Source: Trichormus sp. ATA11-4-KO1 (GTDB taxonomy: Bacteria; Cyanobacteriota; Cyanobacteriia; Cyanobacteriales; Nostocaceae). Taken from it: 64,000 bases of DNA. Below the pieces are notes generated by a model. The model ran no database searches, was not told the origin of the DNA, and worked only from the letters and a program-made list of their open reading frames with translations. Where the stretch lies: positions 64,001 to 128,000 of the forward strand of contig JAHHIM010000005.1 in the NCBI GenBank assembly GCA_019358915.1. The letters are read 5' to 3'. Positions 31,329 to 41,781 of the stretch are shown one piece after another. Position numbers and translations under genes: made by a program. Every line of letters starts with the position of its first letter. The stretch's first letter is position 1.

Positions 31329-32486
31329 ATGTTCAAACCCAAAATCCCCTTGGCTTGGCGGCAACTAATGAAACAAAAAGGGCGGTTTCTCGTTGCCCTT
31401 TGTGGAATTACATTTGCCGATTTTCTCATGTTAATGCAGTTGGGCTTTCAGTCGGCTTTATATGATAGTAATACCCGCTTTCATGAACTTTTACAAGCAG
31501 ATTTAGTATTAATGAGCCGCCAAGGGCAAAATCTAGGATTACTCAGTAGTTTTCCTCGTCGGCGGTTGTTTCAAGCTGCTAATCTATCTGAGGTTGAGTC
31601 AGTTAATCCTTTGTATATTCGTATAGGAGTTTGGAAAAGTCCCCAAACTAAGTTAGATGAATCAATTTTAGTAATCGGCTTTAATCCAGAAAAACCTGCG
31701 TTTAATTTACCAGCAGTCAATCAAAAATTAGATCAGATTAAATATCCCAACACACTGTTATTTGACCGTAACGCCAACGGGAAATATGAACAGGCGATCG
31801 CTCAAATATCTGAAGGTAAACCTGTCACGACAGAACTGCAAGGACGTAAAGTTAAAATTGGCGGTTTGTATGAGGTTGGTGCATCTTTTGTAGCTAATGG
31901 CAGTGTAATTACTAGTGACCAGAACTACTTGCGAATTTTTTCGGCACAGCAACCAGGTAACGTCAACCTGGGTTTAATTAATCTTAAATCGGGTAGTGAT
32001 GCTGATGTCGTTGCTCAAGCATTACGGTCTTATCTTACGGATGATGTAAAAGTTTTTACCCGTCAAGAATTTATTGATTTTGAAAAAAAGTATTGGCAAG
32101 AAAATGGCGCGATTGGTTTTATCTTTTCCTTGGGTGTCACCATCGGATTTTTGGTTGGCGTGATTATTGTTTATCAAATTATTTATAGTGATGTGATGGA
32201 TCACTTGCCTGAATACGCCACACTCAAGGCAATGGGTTATCGTAATACTTATTTATTATTTGTGGTGTTGCAAGAGGCATTAATTTTAGCGATATGCGGT
32301 TTTATTCCTGGTGGTTTCGTTTCTTTTTTCATGTATGGCTTCACCAGAAACGTCACTAAATTACCACTATTTATGACTTATGCACGGATAATACAAGTTT
32401 TGATATTAACAATTATTATGTGTTTGATTTCTGGCGCGATCGCTATGCGGAAGTTAAACTCGGCAGACCCAGCAGATATTTTTTAA
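31329..32486 (+). CDS. DevC-family ABC exporter permease
   Basis: PLAWRQL, GITFADFLMLMQLGF, HLPEYATLKAMGY, ADPADIF; start placed at MFKPKIP. Confidence 0.93.
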   Translation: MFKPKIPLAWRQLMKQKGRFLVALCGITFADFLMLMQLGFQSALYDSNTRFHELLQADLVLMSRQGQNLGLLSSFPRRRLFQAANLSEVESVNPLYIRIGVWKSPQTKLDESILVIGFNPEKPAFNLPAVNQKLDQIKYPNTLLFDRNANGKYEQAIAQISEGKPVTTELQGRKVKIGGLYEVGASFVANGSVITSDQNYLRIFSAQQPGNVNLGLINLKSGSDADVVAQALRSYLTDDVKVFTRQEFIDFEKKYWQENGAIGFIFSLGVTIGFLVGVIIVYQIIYSDVMDHLPEYATLKAMGYRNTYLLFVVLQEALILAICGFIPGGFVSFFMYGFTRNVTKLPLFMTYARIIQVLILTIIMCLISGAIAMRKLNSADPADIF

Positions 32487-32502
32487 TCTAGCCGTCTTCA
32501 AC

Positions 32503-32545
32503 GAAGTCAGAGGGAAGAGGGAAGATTCCTTCTGACTTCTTGTTC
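32503..32545 (+). terminator. Hairpin after devC, probable end of the cluster transcript
   Basis: GAAGTCAGAGGGA..TCCTTCTGACTTC followed by TTGTT. Confidence 0.55.
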
Positions 32546-32673
32546 AACGTATAAGCATAATTACTATAATGCTTATTCATAATTGAACCAGCAAGTACTA
32601 AGCAATTTCAGTATAATCTCTATAGGTTACCAAGTATCAATTTGGTGATTGTGTAAAGTAATGCAGGTCATTT

Positions 32674-33252
32674 ATGAAGCTTTTGTTAACTGGTACGTTT
32701 CTAGGTACAGCGATCGCACTGTCACCTTTAGCGGCTAATGCGGCAACTTTTTCTTTCACCAGTGTATTAAATGGTGATCAAGAAGTTCCCTCTATCAGTA
32801 CATCTGGTGTAGGTACGGCGACGGGTACACTTAGTGGTGGCCCCGGTAGCTGGGTTTTTGACTATGTGGTCAATTACTCTGGTTTGCAGGGTACCATAGC
32901 AGCTCCATTTGCACATATCCATAACGCCCCAGCTGGTCAAAATGGCCCTGTTGTTCACGATCTGGATAATGCCACTCTTCCTCCGATTGCAGGTAGCAAT
33001 TCGGGGACAATTACGGGAGATTGGCGTTTTGATGATGTTACCAATCCCTTGACAGATGTATTAGCGCAGGAACTGTTGAGAGGTAATGCCTACTTTAATC
33101 TGCACACAACCACCTTCCCTAGTGGTGAGATTCGTGGGCAAATTGTCCCCGTCCCTGAACCTACATCAACGTTAAGCTTATTGACACTTGGTGCTTTAGG
33201 TGCAGCCTGGCAATGGAAAAATCGCAAAAATCAGCAGAAATTAATCGGCTAA
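32674..33252 (+). CDS. CHRD domain protein with PEP-CTERM sorting signal
   Basis: Signal peptide (ANA), AHIH.AP.GQNGPV, YFNLHT..FPSGEIRGQI, VPEP + TM + basic tail. Confidence 0.92.
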   Translation: MKLLLTGTFLGTAIALSPLAANAATFSFTSVLNGDQEVPSISTSGVGTATGTLSGGPGSWVFDYVVNYSGLQGTIAAPFAHIHNAPAGQNGPVVHDLDNATLPPIAGSNSGTITGDWRFDDVTNPLTDVLAQELLRGNAYFNLHTTTFPSGEIRGQIVPVPEPTSTLSLLTLGALGAAWQWKNRKNQQKLIG

Positions 33253-33374
33253 ATTGCTAAAGTTTAGAGTACTGGAAATTTACAATAATGAACACTACCC
33301 CTAGATGCTTATTTGCTAGGGGTTTTATAAATAATTGGCATTAGCGATCGCCGCAAAAACTCGTTTTTTCTTAC

Positions 33375-33878
33375 CTAAATCTGTAACGCCTTAAACCATT
33401 TATTGACAACTGTATTGATAGTTTTTTTAATTTGATGTTTGCGATACCATTTTTGAAAAGCCATTTCGTACTCTTCGCCTTTAGTTTGAAAGGTATTCCA
33501 AATATCAAGCCCTAGTGTCAGTCCACAAAATAGCAAGAAATACAACGACCAAGTAAGACCACCACCACCGACGAAATCCACCAGCAGGAAAAAACTGTTG
33601 ACAATTGCATAATTCCCCACACGTTTTTTAAATCTTCCGATTCGGTAGGAATTAAAAGCTTGCCGTTGTTGGATTTCACTTTGTTGCGATCGCCAGTCAA
33701 TTTCTGCGAGGTTGAGAGATTCTGGTGAAATTTCTAACTCAGTAGCAATTTCCAGCAGTTGCTCATAGGAAAATTCTTTGTCTTGGTCATTGGCTTGACG
33801 AGCGATCGCTAACTGAAGAATTTTCTGCACATCTTCTTGGCTATAAGAACAAAGACTCTGAGGTTCAAATGCCGTCAT
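33375..33878 (-). CDS. 2TM domain-containing protein
   Basis: YSQEDVQKILQLAIARQ..LLEIA.EL.IS followed by two TM helices. Confidence 0.82.
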   Translation of the reverse strand: MTAFEPQSLCSYSQEDVQKILQLAIARQANDQDKEFSYEQLLEIATELEISPESLNLAEIDWRSQQSEIQQRQAFNSYRIGRFKKRVGNYAIVNSFFLLVDFVGGGGLTWSLYFLLFCGLTLGLDIWNTFQTKGEEYEMAFQKWYRKHQIKKTINTVVNKWFKALQI

Positions 33879-34095
33879 AGTTATTATCTCTTAATGTGAC
33901 CTTTACTAACAATTTGTCACCCAGTAGCTGTTAAGCAGCTACAACACCACTGTTATTATTATTTGTACTATACCTACACTAGCAAATCTTAATAGAGCTG
34001 TAGATACATATTTTTCACATTACCGCTCTTTCATCGCTTTCATGAGAGTGACAGAAGAGCGCTAGATCAATTATGGACAATAAATAATTTTATCC

Positions 34096-34992
34096 TCAAT
34101 CTGATCCAATGGTCACTTCACGAACAATTCCTAAAAAAGTGGACAAAATTGGATTGGTAGTATTGGGATACCAAGCAACAGCAAGCTCCAATTCTGGAGA
34201 TGGCTCTAATAAATTTCTGAAGACAACACCAGTAGGTGTTACAGCTTGTGCTGAGGCATGGAGCAGTGAAATCCCAATATCTGCTGAAACTAAACCGAGA
34301 ATGGTTTGCTGAGGAATAACCTCTTGTACAATATTCGGACTAAACCCTGCCTGCTGACACAAATTAATAATGCGATCATAAAGAACTGGACCAACATGAC
34401 GTGGAAAGAGAATAAACGATTCATCAGAAAGTGCCTTGATTGAAATTGACTCAGTTGCAGCCTGAGCCAATGGATGGGTATCTGATAAAACTGCAACTAA
34501 CCTTTCTCGATGAATGGTTTCTAAGACTAAAAACTCATTTTCTAAAGGTGGATGCAGTAACCCTACTTGAAGTTGACCCGATATCAGCGCTTCAACTTGC
34601 TCATTAGTATGGAGTTTTTCTAATGCAAGTTCTACCTGCGGATGTCGCTCTTTGAACAAGCGGACAATTTTAGGCAGAATGCTATTTAAAGCAGGACTTG
34701 TAAAGCCAACAGCAAACCTTCCAATCTCGCCTCGACTCGTGCGTTGTGCCAGTAGAACAGTATATTCAGCTTGTTGGAGTGTTTTTCTGGCCTCCGTTAA
34801 GAAGACTTGCCCTGCTTCTGTCAAGCGCACGGTGCGTTTCGTGCGATAGAACAGCTGCACGCCGATTTCATCTTCTAAATTACGAATTTGACGACTAAGC
34901 GGTTGTTGAGCAATATGCAATCGTTGTGCTGCTCGACCGAAATGTAGTTCTTCAGCCACAGCTACAAAGTAACGGAGATGTCGCAATTCCAT
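34096..34992 (-). CDS. LysR family transcriptional regulator
   Basis: MELRHLRYFVAVAEELHFGRAAQRLHIAQQPLSRQI. Confidence 0.96.
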   Translation of the reverse strand: MELRHLRYFVAVAEELHFGRAAQRLHIAQQPLSRQIRNLEDEIGVQLFYRTKRTVRLTEAGQVFLTEARKTLQQAEYTVLLAQRTSRGEIGRFAVGFTSPALNSILPKIVRLFKERHPQVELALEKLHTNEQVEALISGQLQVGLLHPPLENEFLVLETIHRERLVAVLSDTHPLAQAATESISIKALSDESFILFPRHVGPVLYDRIINLCQQAGFSPNIVQEVIPQQTILGLVSADIGISLLHASAQAVTPTGVVFRNLLEPSPELELAVAWYPNTTNPILSTFLGIVREVTIGSD

Positions 34993-35206
34993 TTGAACTT
35001 TTCAAGTGTTATTCAGTAATCAAATATATGTTGGACATTGATAAAACTTCTTTCTAGCATAATAAGTATGTTGATTACCTGAAAAAAGCTAGATGCCGTA
35101 ACAGCGAGATAATAGCTATGAATTAGCTGTAATTGAACTTTAATAACCAATTTAATTTGACTGATAGAACTAGGCACAAATCCTGGGTTTATGGTGTTTT
35201 TAGTGC

Positions 35207-36955
35207 TTGAAAGGTGTTACTCCAGTGAAATGTTTAATGATTGCTAGTGTTCTACTTTTAGCTTCAGGTTGCGTTAAAGCCGACATGTGGAATTCCAAAG
35301 CAGTTCAACCTGCTGCGTCTCCAGCTACGGAGTCTCCTCAACTTCACACTAGCCAACTCGTTAATACACTCCGACAGGGCGGCTATGTAATTTACATTCG
35401 TCATACTGCAACAGATTGGTCTCAAGCCGATATCAGAGAAGGAGGAGAATGGTGGAAGAATTGTGAGGCTCATCGCAATCTATCTCCAGAGGGTCGAGTC
35501 CAAGCTCAAGTAATCGGTGATGCTCTACGTACTCTTGGCATTCCTATTGGTCAAGTAATTGCTAGTGAATATTGCCGAACTGTAGAAACAGCGCAATTAA
35601 TGAAGGTTGGTTCTGTTCAAACAACAAAACGTCTGAATGGGCGGCGTTCTTGGCAAAACTTAAACGGCAAATCAGGACAAGAACAGCTGGTTGCAGAAAC
35701 TCGAATATTGTTGGGTACTCCCCCTGCACCTGGTGTTAACAAGGTTTTGGTGTCTCATATACACAACTTTAAAGAACCAGCACATCCTGTATTGAGTGAA
35801 ATTGCAGAAGGAGAAGCAGCAATTTTTAAACCATCTGATGATGGAAGCTTTACGCTCATCGCTCGTGTCACTTCCACGAAGTGGGTTGAACTAACTCAAA
35901 ACTCAGTATCAACTGCGATCGCACAATCTCTTTTAAAACAGCAGTTTTCTCTAAATTCATCTCAAGTGACGCGAAAGGATTTTTATGTGACGAGTGATCC
36001 TGGTATTCAAATTTTTGTCCGGGAGGTTTTGTTGGGCGATCGCACCAAAAGTTCAAATCCCCCAATCTTGTTAATTCATGGGGGTGGCCCCGGCGGTATT
36101 GCTTCTTTTGACTTAAATGTGCCTGGATACTCACTTGCCGCAGATTTTGCTGCTGCTGGACATTCAGTTTACATCATAAATGTGCGGGGTTGGGAACGTT
36201 CTACGCGTCCTACAGCTTTAGATCAACCACCAGAAAAAAATCCGCCATCTGTCCCCTCAGACGCAGCAGTGCGAGATATTGAAGCCGTAGTCGATGCCAT
36301 TCGCGACCTTCATCAAGGACAACCTGTGGCACTTGTCGGTTGGGCAACTGGCGGACATTGGGCAGGGATGTATACGAGTCAAAACAATGAAAAAGTTAGC
36401 CACTTGGTAATGCTCAATAGCCTCTATGGTGTTGATGCGCCTTGGAAACTTCGTCATGCCTTTGAAGACCCAAATAAGCCAGGAACATTTGACTCTGATG
36501 CAGGAGCATACCGAATAACAGATGCTGAAGGGTTAATTGCTCAATGGAACCGAACAATTCCAGTTGAAGATAAGAGTCAGTGGCGTGACCCTGCTGTTGT
36601 TGATGCATATCAACATACAGCGCTTGCAAGAGGCGCCAACGGTAATACTAGTACTCCTTCTAGTCTGAGAATTCCATCTGCTTATCGATTGGAGAGTTAC
36701 AATCTCTCACTCGGTCAAAAGTATTGGGAGGCATCAGATATTACTGTTCCAACACTGGTTATTCGAGGTGAACTTGATTTTTGGTCTAGACAGGAAGATT
36801 TGCAAGCTCTCAAAGCAGAGTTAGTGAATGCATCCAGGGTTAAAACAGTGACTATTCCCAGTGGAACACATTATTTGTTCAATGACCGACCAGAGCGGGG
36901 GCGAGATTTTTTCATTCGACAGGTGTTATTGTTTCTGAGAAATAATGCTGGTTGA
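35207..36955 (+). CDS. Lipoprotein: histidine-phosphatase-like domain fused to an alpha/beta hydrolase
   Basis: Lipobox LASGC; YIRH..T, RNLS..GR, ASEYCRTVETA, LVSH; then LLIHGGG, VGWATGG, VIRGELD, GTH; exact start uncertain. Confidence 0.8.
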   Translation: MKGVTPVKCLMIASVLLLASGCVKADMWNSKAVQPAASPATESPQLHTSQLVNTLRQGGYVIYIRHTATDWSQADIREGGEWWKNCEAHRNLSPEGRVQAQVIGDALRTLGIPIGQVIASEYCRTVETAQLMKVGSVQTTKRLNGRRSWQNLNGKSGQEQLVAETRILLGTPPAPGVNKVLVSHIHNFKEPAHPVLSEIAEGEAAIFKPSDDGSFTLIARVTSTKWVELTQNSVSTAIAQSLLKQQFSLNSSQVTRKDFYVTSDPGIQIFVREVLLGDRTKSSNPPILLIHGGGPGGIASFDLNVPGYSLAADFAAAGHSVYIINVRGWERSTRPTALDQPPEKNPPSVPSDAAVRDIEAVVDAIRDLHQGQPVALVGWATGGHWAGMYTSQNNEKVSHLVMLNSLYGVDAPWKLRHAFEDPNKPGTFDSDAGAYRITDAEGLIAQWNRTIPVEDKSQWRDPAVVDAYQHTALARGANGNTSTPSSLRIPSAYRLESYNLSLGQKYWEASDITVPTLVIRGELDFWSRQEDLQALKAELVNASRVKTVTIPSGTHYLFNDRPERGRDFFIRQVLLFLRNNAG

Positions 36956-37136
36956 ACAGCTGGCAATACTGCTCAGTTAAGGAAATAGGGGTAAAAGGAA
37001 CTCACCCTTCTCAAATTTGGCGAATTCCTGCCAGTCTGGCATCCTCCAAAAGAATATATCTGCTATTGCACCCAAATTTAATTCTTTTTCCCCACCTCCC
37101 ACTCTGCGGGAAGCTACTATCGCGTCTACATCACTC

Positions 37137-37871
37137 TCATCTCCCTACTCCCCCCTGATGCTCACACTTAAAACCTTGACTTTGCCAAGCTTGCATATCT
37201 ACATCGGCAAGTCTTGTAATATCTGAGCATTTTGGCTGCATAATTTGACTTAAAATTGCCCAAAAAAAGCTGCGTGTTACATCTAATCCAGTTTTCACCC
37301 AAGACTCATAATTACCTGGAATGCCCTGCTCTTGAACAATATCTGGTTCTACCCAAATACCATGAGCACCCAAGAGAATCTGTGCCATCCATTTAGCTCT
37401 GGGTAGATGAGTTGGTGAGGTAATCAATTTTATCTTATGTACTCCCCATTGCTGCAAAATAGGAATTCCATAGTAAAAATTCTCAAAAGTGGAATTCGCA
37501 CAATTTTCTAACCACACGTTTTGCCACTCTGCTGCTTCTCGCTGAAAAATTAGCCATATACAGGGTTGTGGGGAACCATGAGAAATTAAAACTGGAATTT
37601 GCGGATCTGCTTTCGCTGCTTGGGCAACATAAATTTCTCTGCTAATACTACCACCAAGCACAAAGAAGGCATCTACTGGCCCAGAGGATGCCCAAACTAG
37701 GGTTACAGTGGTAAAAATTAGCCAACTACCAAATGTCAGGCATAAACCACAAGCTATTTTTTGTAGCAATTGCCACTGTTTACGGAATTTTCTCATGGGA
37801 GAAATTGATGAAGTTTTGGTAAATTTATGTCTCATGACATAGGTAATAAAAGCTTGGTTAAATAATCTCAA
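37137..37871 (-). CDS. YdcF/DUF218 family protein
   Basis: FVLGG, ANSTFENF, LITSPTHLPRA; start uncertain. Confidence 0.85.
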   Translation of the reverse strand: MRLFNQAFITYVMRHKFTKTSSISPMRKFRKQWQLLQKIACGLCLTFGSWLIFTTVTLVWASSGPVDAFFVLGGSISREIYVAQAAKADPQIPVLISHGSPQPCIWLIFQREAAEWQNVWLENCANSTFENFYYGIPILQQWGVHKIKLITSPTHLPRAKWMAQILLGAHGIWVEPDIVQEQGIPGNYESWVKTGLDVTRSFFWAILSQIMQPKCSDITRLADVDMQAWQSQGFKCEHQGGVGR

Positions 37872-38179
37872 AAAGACCTACAATTAAGCCAGCGAAGTGC
37901 TATCTTATAAAAATAATATAGGGTGTAAAGCTGACACTAGTAAAAGTGTCACAACAACGTCATAGTAATGACACAGTAGCTTCATAGTGTCATATTAGAC
38001 TACTAAAGAAGCTCGCAGGTGCAGAAATTATCATTATAAAGTAGCGCAAAATTTTCAGGATAATTATAAGGAGAAAATAATGAATGTAACATAACTGAAA
38101 ATCGAGTATAAAAACTTAAAAATTTTCCAAAAGCCTGATTGCTAAACTGTCAACAATACAACTATTTCAACTGATATAC

Positions 38180-39517
38180 ATGAACCAATCTGCGAAATCT
38201 TACTCGCCGCTCCAAGTAGCCTTGATTGGTGGAGCGATCGCCACGACCGCCACTGTGTCCGTATTTGGCTCTGCTTGGACTCGCTGCGTTCGTGCTGCCC
38301 TACAAGATAGCCCGAAAACGTTAGTTGACCAAGCATGGCAATTGGTAAATCGTGAGTATGTTGATGGCAGTTTTAATCAACAAGATTGGCTAGCCACGAG
38401 GCAGAGCTTGTTAAGCAAAGAATATTCTTCTAATGAACAAGCTTATGTGGCAATTCGCGAAGCTTTACAAACGTTGGGAGATCCTTACACGCGGTTCATG
38501 GACCCCAAACAGTATCAAGCTCTGACCAGCCAAACATCAGGGGAAGTCTCAGGGATTGGCATTCGCATGGAAGTGAATGACAAAACCAAGCGCCTCACTG
38601 TTTTAGAAGCCATAGAAAATTCTCCAGCGCGCAAAGCTGGGGTCAAAGCAGGCGACGAGATTTTAGCTATTGACGGCAAATCCACTGCTCAAATGAAAGT
38701 GGAAGATGCTTCTCAACTGATTCGCGGCAAAGCCGGTACTCCCATTACACTACAATTGGGGAGAACAGGGCGCACTGCATTTGATTTGAAGCTGACACGG
38801 GCGACTATTGAAATCCCCACAGTGAATTATACCCTCAAGCAAGAAGGTAATCGCCGCGTTGGCTATATCCGTTTGCGGGAGTTTAGTAGTCATGCGTCCG
38901 ATCAAATGCGCCGAGCCATTCGCAATTTGAACGGTCAGAACGTCGATGCTTTTGTCTTAGATTTGCGCGGTAACCCTGGGGGGTTGTTAAATTCCAGCAT
39001 TGAAATTGCCCGGATGTGGCTGGATCATGGCGGCATTGTGCGCACAGTTAACCGCGCCGGAGGCAGTGAAGTAACTAGAGCTAATCGCACAGCTCTGACA
39101 CAACTACCCTTGGCAATTCTCGTGGATGGGAATTCAGCTAGTGCTAGCGAAATCCTGACAGGTGCGCTCAAGGATAATAACCGAGCGGTAGTTATTGGTA
39201 GTCAAACCTTTGGTAAAGCACTGGTGCAGTCTGTGCATGAACTCTCAGACGGTTCAGGTTTGGCAGTCACCATCGCCCACTACTATACTCCCGATGGCAC
39301 GGATATTAATAAAAAAGGGATTGTGCCAGATATCAAGCTAGACTTGACAGCAGCACAAGAGCGTCAGCTAGCATCCAACCCCAATTTAGTGGGAACTCAA
39401 AGTGATCCCCAATATACCCGTGCGATCGCGGCACTATCTAGTAACACCTTCGCCCAGCCTCCAGCAAACCAACCCAACCAACCTGTGAGCGCTGGCGCTA
39501 GGGACTTGAAATTTTAG
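38180..39517 (+). CDS. ctpB: C-terminal processing protease (S41)
   Basis: DPYTRF, GIGI PDZ, DLRGNPGG, SASASEI, TFGKALVQ. Confidence 0.9.
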   Translation: MNQSAKSYSPLQVALIGGAIATTATVSVFGSAWTRCVRAALQDSPKTLVDQAWQLVNREYVDGSFNQQDWLATRQSLLSKEYSSNEQAYVAIREALQTLGDPYTRFMDPKQYQALTSQTSGEVSGIGIRMEVNDKTKRLTVLEAIENSPARKAGVKAGDEILAIDGKSTAQMKVEDASQLIRGKAGTPITLQLGRTGRTAFDLKLTRATIEIPTVNYTLKQEGNRRVGYIRLREFSSHASDQMRRAIRNLNGQNVDAFVLDLRGNPGGLLNSSIEIARMWLDHGGIVRTVNRAGGSEVTRANRTALTQLPLAILVDGNSASASEILTGALKDNNRAVVIGSQTFGKALVQSVHELSDGSGLAVTIAHYYTPDGTDINKKGIVPDIKLDLTAAQERQLASNPNLVGTQSDPQYTRAIAALSSNTFAQPPANQPNQPVSAGARDLKF

Positions 39518-39648
39518 TTTGCACATATATACTAGTATTCCCACATCCAGCATTCTGGAGTCATGAAAACTATCTGAGTATTACCGTTACCGGATTTTGG
39601 ATTGGGAATACTTAAGTTAGTAATCCCATCCCCAAAATCTCACATTTT

Positions 39649-40611
39649 ATGAATCAGCCAGTTGATGCAACCACTGCCAAAAGCTTCTTGCCCATGGTAT
39701 CAGTGGTTGTTCCTATTTATAACGGTGAACCAGATTTACCAAAATTAATCAATTGTCTGTTATCTCAAACTTACCCACAAGACCGGGTAGAGTACTTACT
39801 AGTGGACAATAACAGCAGCGATCGCACTCTCACTGTGCTAAAAACATCTGCTGAGAATTCCCCTATAATTCATGCCTTAAGCGAAAACCAAATTCAAAGC
39901 TCTTATGCTGCCCGCAATACGGGAATTCGCGCCGCCGTGGGCGAAATTGTGGCTTTTACGGATGCTGATTGTCACCCACAACCGCAATGGCTATCCTCAT
40001 TAATCCAGCCTTTTATTGATCCAGATGTGGTAATTGTGGCTGGGGAAATTGCCGCACTACCAGGCAATACTCTTCTAGAACAACACGCAGAGCATCAAGA
40101 AACCTTATCCCAAAAACACACTCTTGCCCATCCTTTTTGTCCCTACGGTCAAACTGCTAATTTGGCAATTCGTCGTATAGCTTTAGAAAAAGCTGGTTTA
40201 TTTCGTCCCCATCTCACTACTGGCGGCGATGCAGATATTTGCTGGCGGATACTACGGCAAAATATCGGGCGTTTAGAATTTTCCCCAGAGGCGATCGTTC
40301 AGCATCGTCATCGGACTACATTCCAGGAACTGCAAAGTCAATGGCGACGTTATGGCTGCTCAAATCGCTACCTACACGAACTGCACGGTGTAGAGTTAAT
40401 GCCAGAGATGACAGCTAAAAAATACAGCTATAGTTTGCTACGTTGGTTACTTAAGGAACTGCCCAAAGAAAGTTTCAAGGCGATCGCAGGTCAAGCCACA
40501 CTTGTAGATTTATTAAATACTCCCATTGGTTTGTTCACTGCGAGGGCGCGTGCTGCTGGACAAAAAAGCGCCAAGCTGCCAGAGAATGCCAAAATCATCG
40601 AGTGGCTATAG
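39649..40611 (+). CDS. Glycosyltransferase family 2
   Basis: VSVVVPIYN, VDNNSSD, ARNTG, FTDAD, GGDAD, QWRRY. Confidence 0.92.
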   Translation: MNQPVDATTAKSFLPMVSVVVPIYNGEPDLPKLINCLLSQTYPQDRVEYLLVDNNSSDRTLTVLKTSAENSPIIHALSENQIQSSYAARNTGIRAAVGEIVAFTDADCHPQPQWLSSLIQPFIDPDVVIVAGEIAALPGNTLLEQHAEHQETLSQKHTLAHPFCPYGQTANLAIRRIALEKAGLFRPHLTTGGDADICWRILRQNIGRLEFSPEAIVQHRHRTTFQELQSQWRRYGCSNRYLHELHGVELMPEMTAKKYSYSLLRWLLKELPKESFKAIAGQATLVDLLNTPIGLFTARARAAGQKSAKLPENAKIIEWL

Positions 40612-40708
40612 GGTGTATTGAAATATTCATACTTTCGCTATTATTCTTCTTGCTCAATACCTAACAACTTTCGCTAAATTGGAAAAAGGTAAATACAGGG
40701 AAACTTCA

Positions 40709-41404
40709 ATGTCAGCACAATTGTTACTGGTAGATGATGAACCAGGATTGCGGGAAGCCGTAAGAGATTATTTGCAAGAAAGCGGTTTCAGCGTTCAAGT
40801 TGCCAGTAACGCCCGTGAGGGATGGGATTTGATGCAGCAGCATACACCTGACTTAGTGATTTCTGATATCATGATGCCCCAGGTTGATGGCTATCAGTTC
40901 CTCAGACAACTGCGAGAAGATCCCCGCTTTCAAGCACTCCCAGTAGTATTTTTAACTGCTAAAGGCATGACAGGCGATCGCATTCAAGGCTATCAAGCTG
41001 GTGTTGATGCGTACTTACCCAAGCCTTTCGATCCCGATGAGTTAGTGGCAATAGTGGAAAACTTACTCTCCCGCCGCACCGCCAAACTTCCAGCCATCGG
41101 TGAAGACAGCGAAACCCCTGACATTGCTGAATTAGCTAATCAGATTGCCCAAATTAAGGCATTGTTAACCCAAAGAAGTGCCATATCTCAATCTCCAGCC
41201 CCGTTTAAAATTGATTTGACTCCCAGAGAACAAAGTGTTTTAAATCTGGTAGCTGAAGGGTTGATGAACAAAGAAATCGCCCGACGCTTAGAAACCAGCG
41301 TCCGTAATGTAGAAAAATATGTTAGCCGTTTATTTAGTAAAACAGGCACCAATAGCCGTACCGAGTTAGTGCGTTTTGCATTAGAACACGGTCTTGCTAA
41401 TTGA
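40709..41404 (+). CDS. NarL/LuxR family response regulator (Ycf29/Rre1-like)
   Basis: LLVDDE, SDIMMP, KPF receiver; LTPREQSVLNLVAEGLMNKEIA HTH. Confidence 0.92.
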   Translation: MSAQLLLVDDEPGLREAVRDYLQESGFSVQVASNAREGWDLMQQHTPDLVISDIMMPQVDGYQFLRQLREDPRFQALPVVFLTAKGMTGDRIQGYQAGVDAYLPKPFDPDELVAIVENLLSRRTAKLPAIGEDSETPDIAELANQIAQIKALLTQRSAISQSPAPFKIDLTPREQSVLNLVAEGLMNKEIARRLETSVRNVEKYVSRLFSKTGTNSRTELVRFALEHGLAN

Positions 41405-41781
41405 TACTCTCCCAGTAACGCTGTGGTGGGAAAGTTTTCTTGAGAGGACTTTAGCTATTAGCCATAGGTTTATCACCTATGGCGATTTATGAATCTACAT
41501 CTTACGCCAATTTATCCAACCTGAGAGCCAAATTTAGCTACAAACTAACTAAACTTGCTGAAAACTTAAGCTATCACTTGTTTCCCAGATGTTGGAAGAA
41601 TCAAAAGATTTAACAAAAACCGTTAAGCTAGTCTATCAGTAGACACCCCATTATCTCCGTAGTGTCAAAGGTGAGGGCTACTGTAGATGCTTTTTTGGCT
41701 TTTCAAAGGGTAGCAAAAAACTTAGCTTGTCGCCTTGGGATAAGGTTATACAAGCCCACCTTGGAAAAAGTTCTTCCTTCG

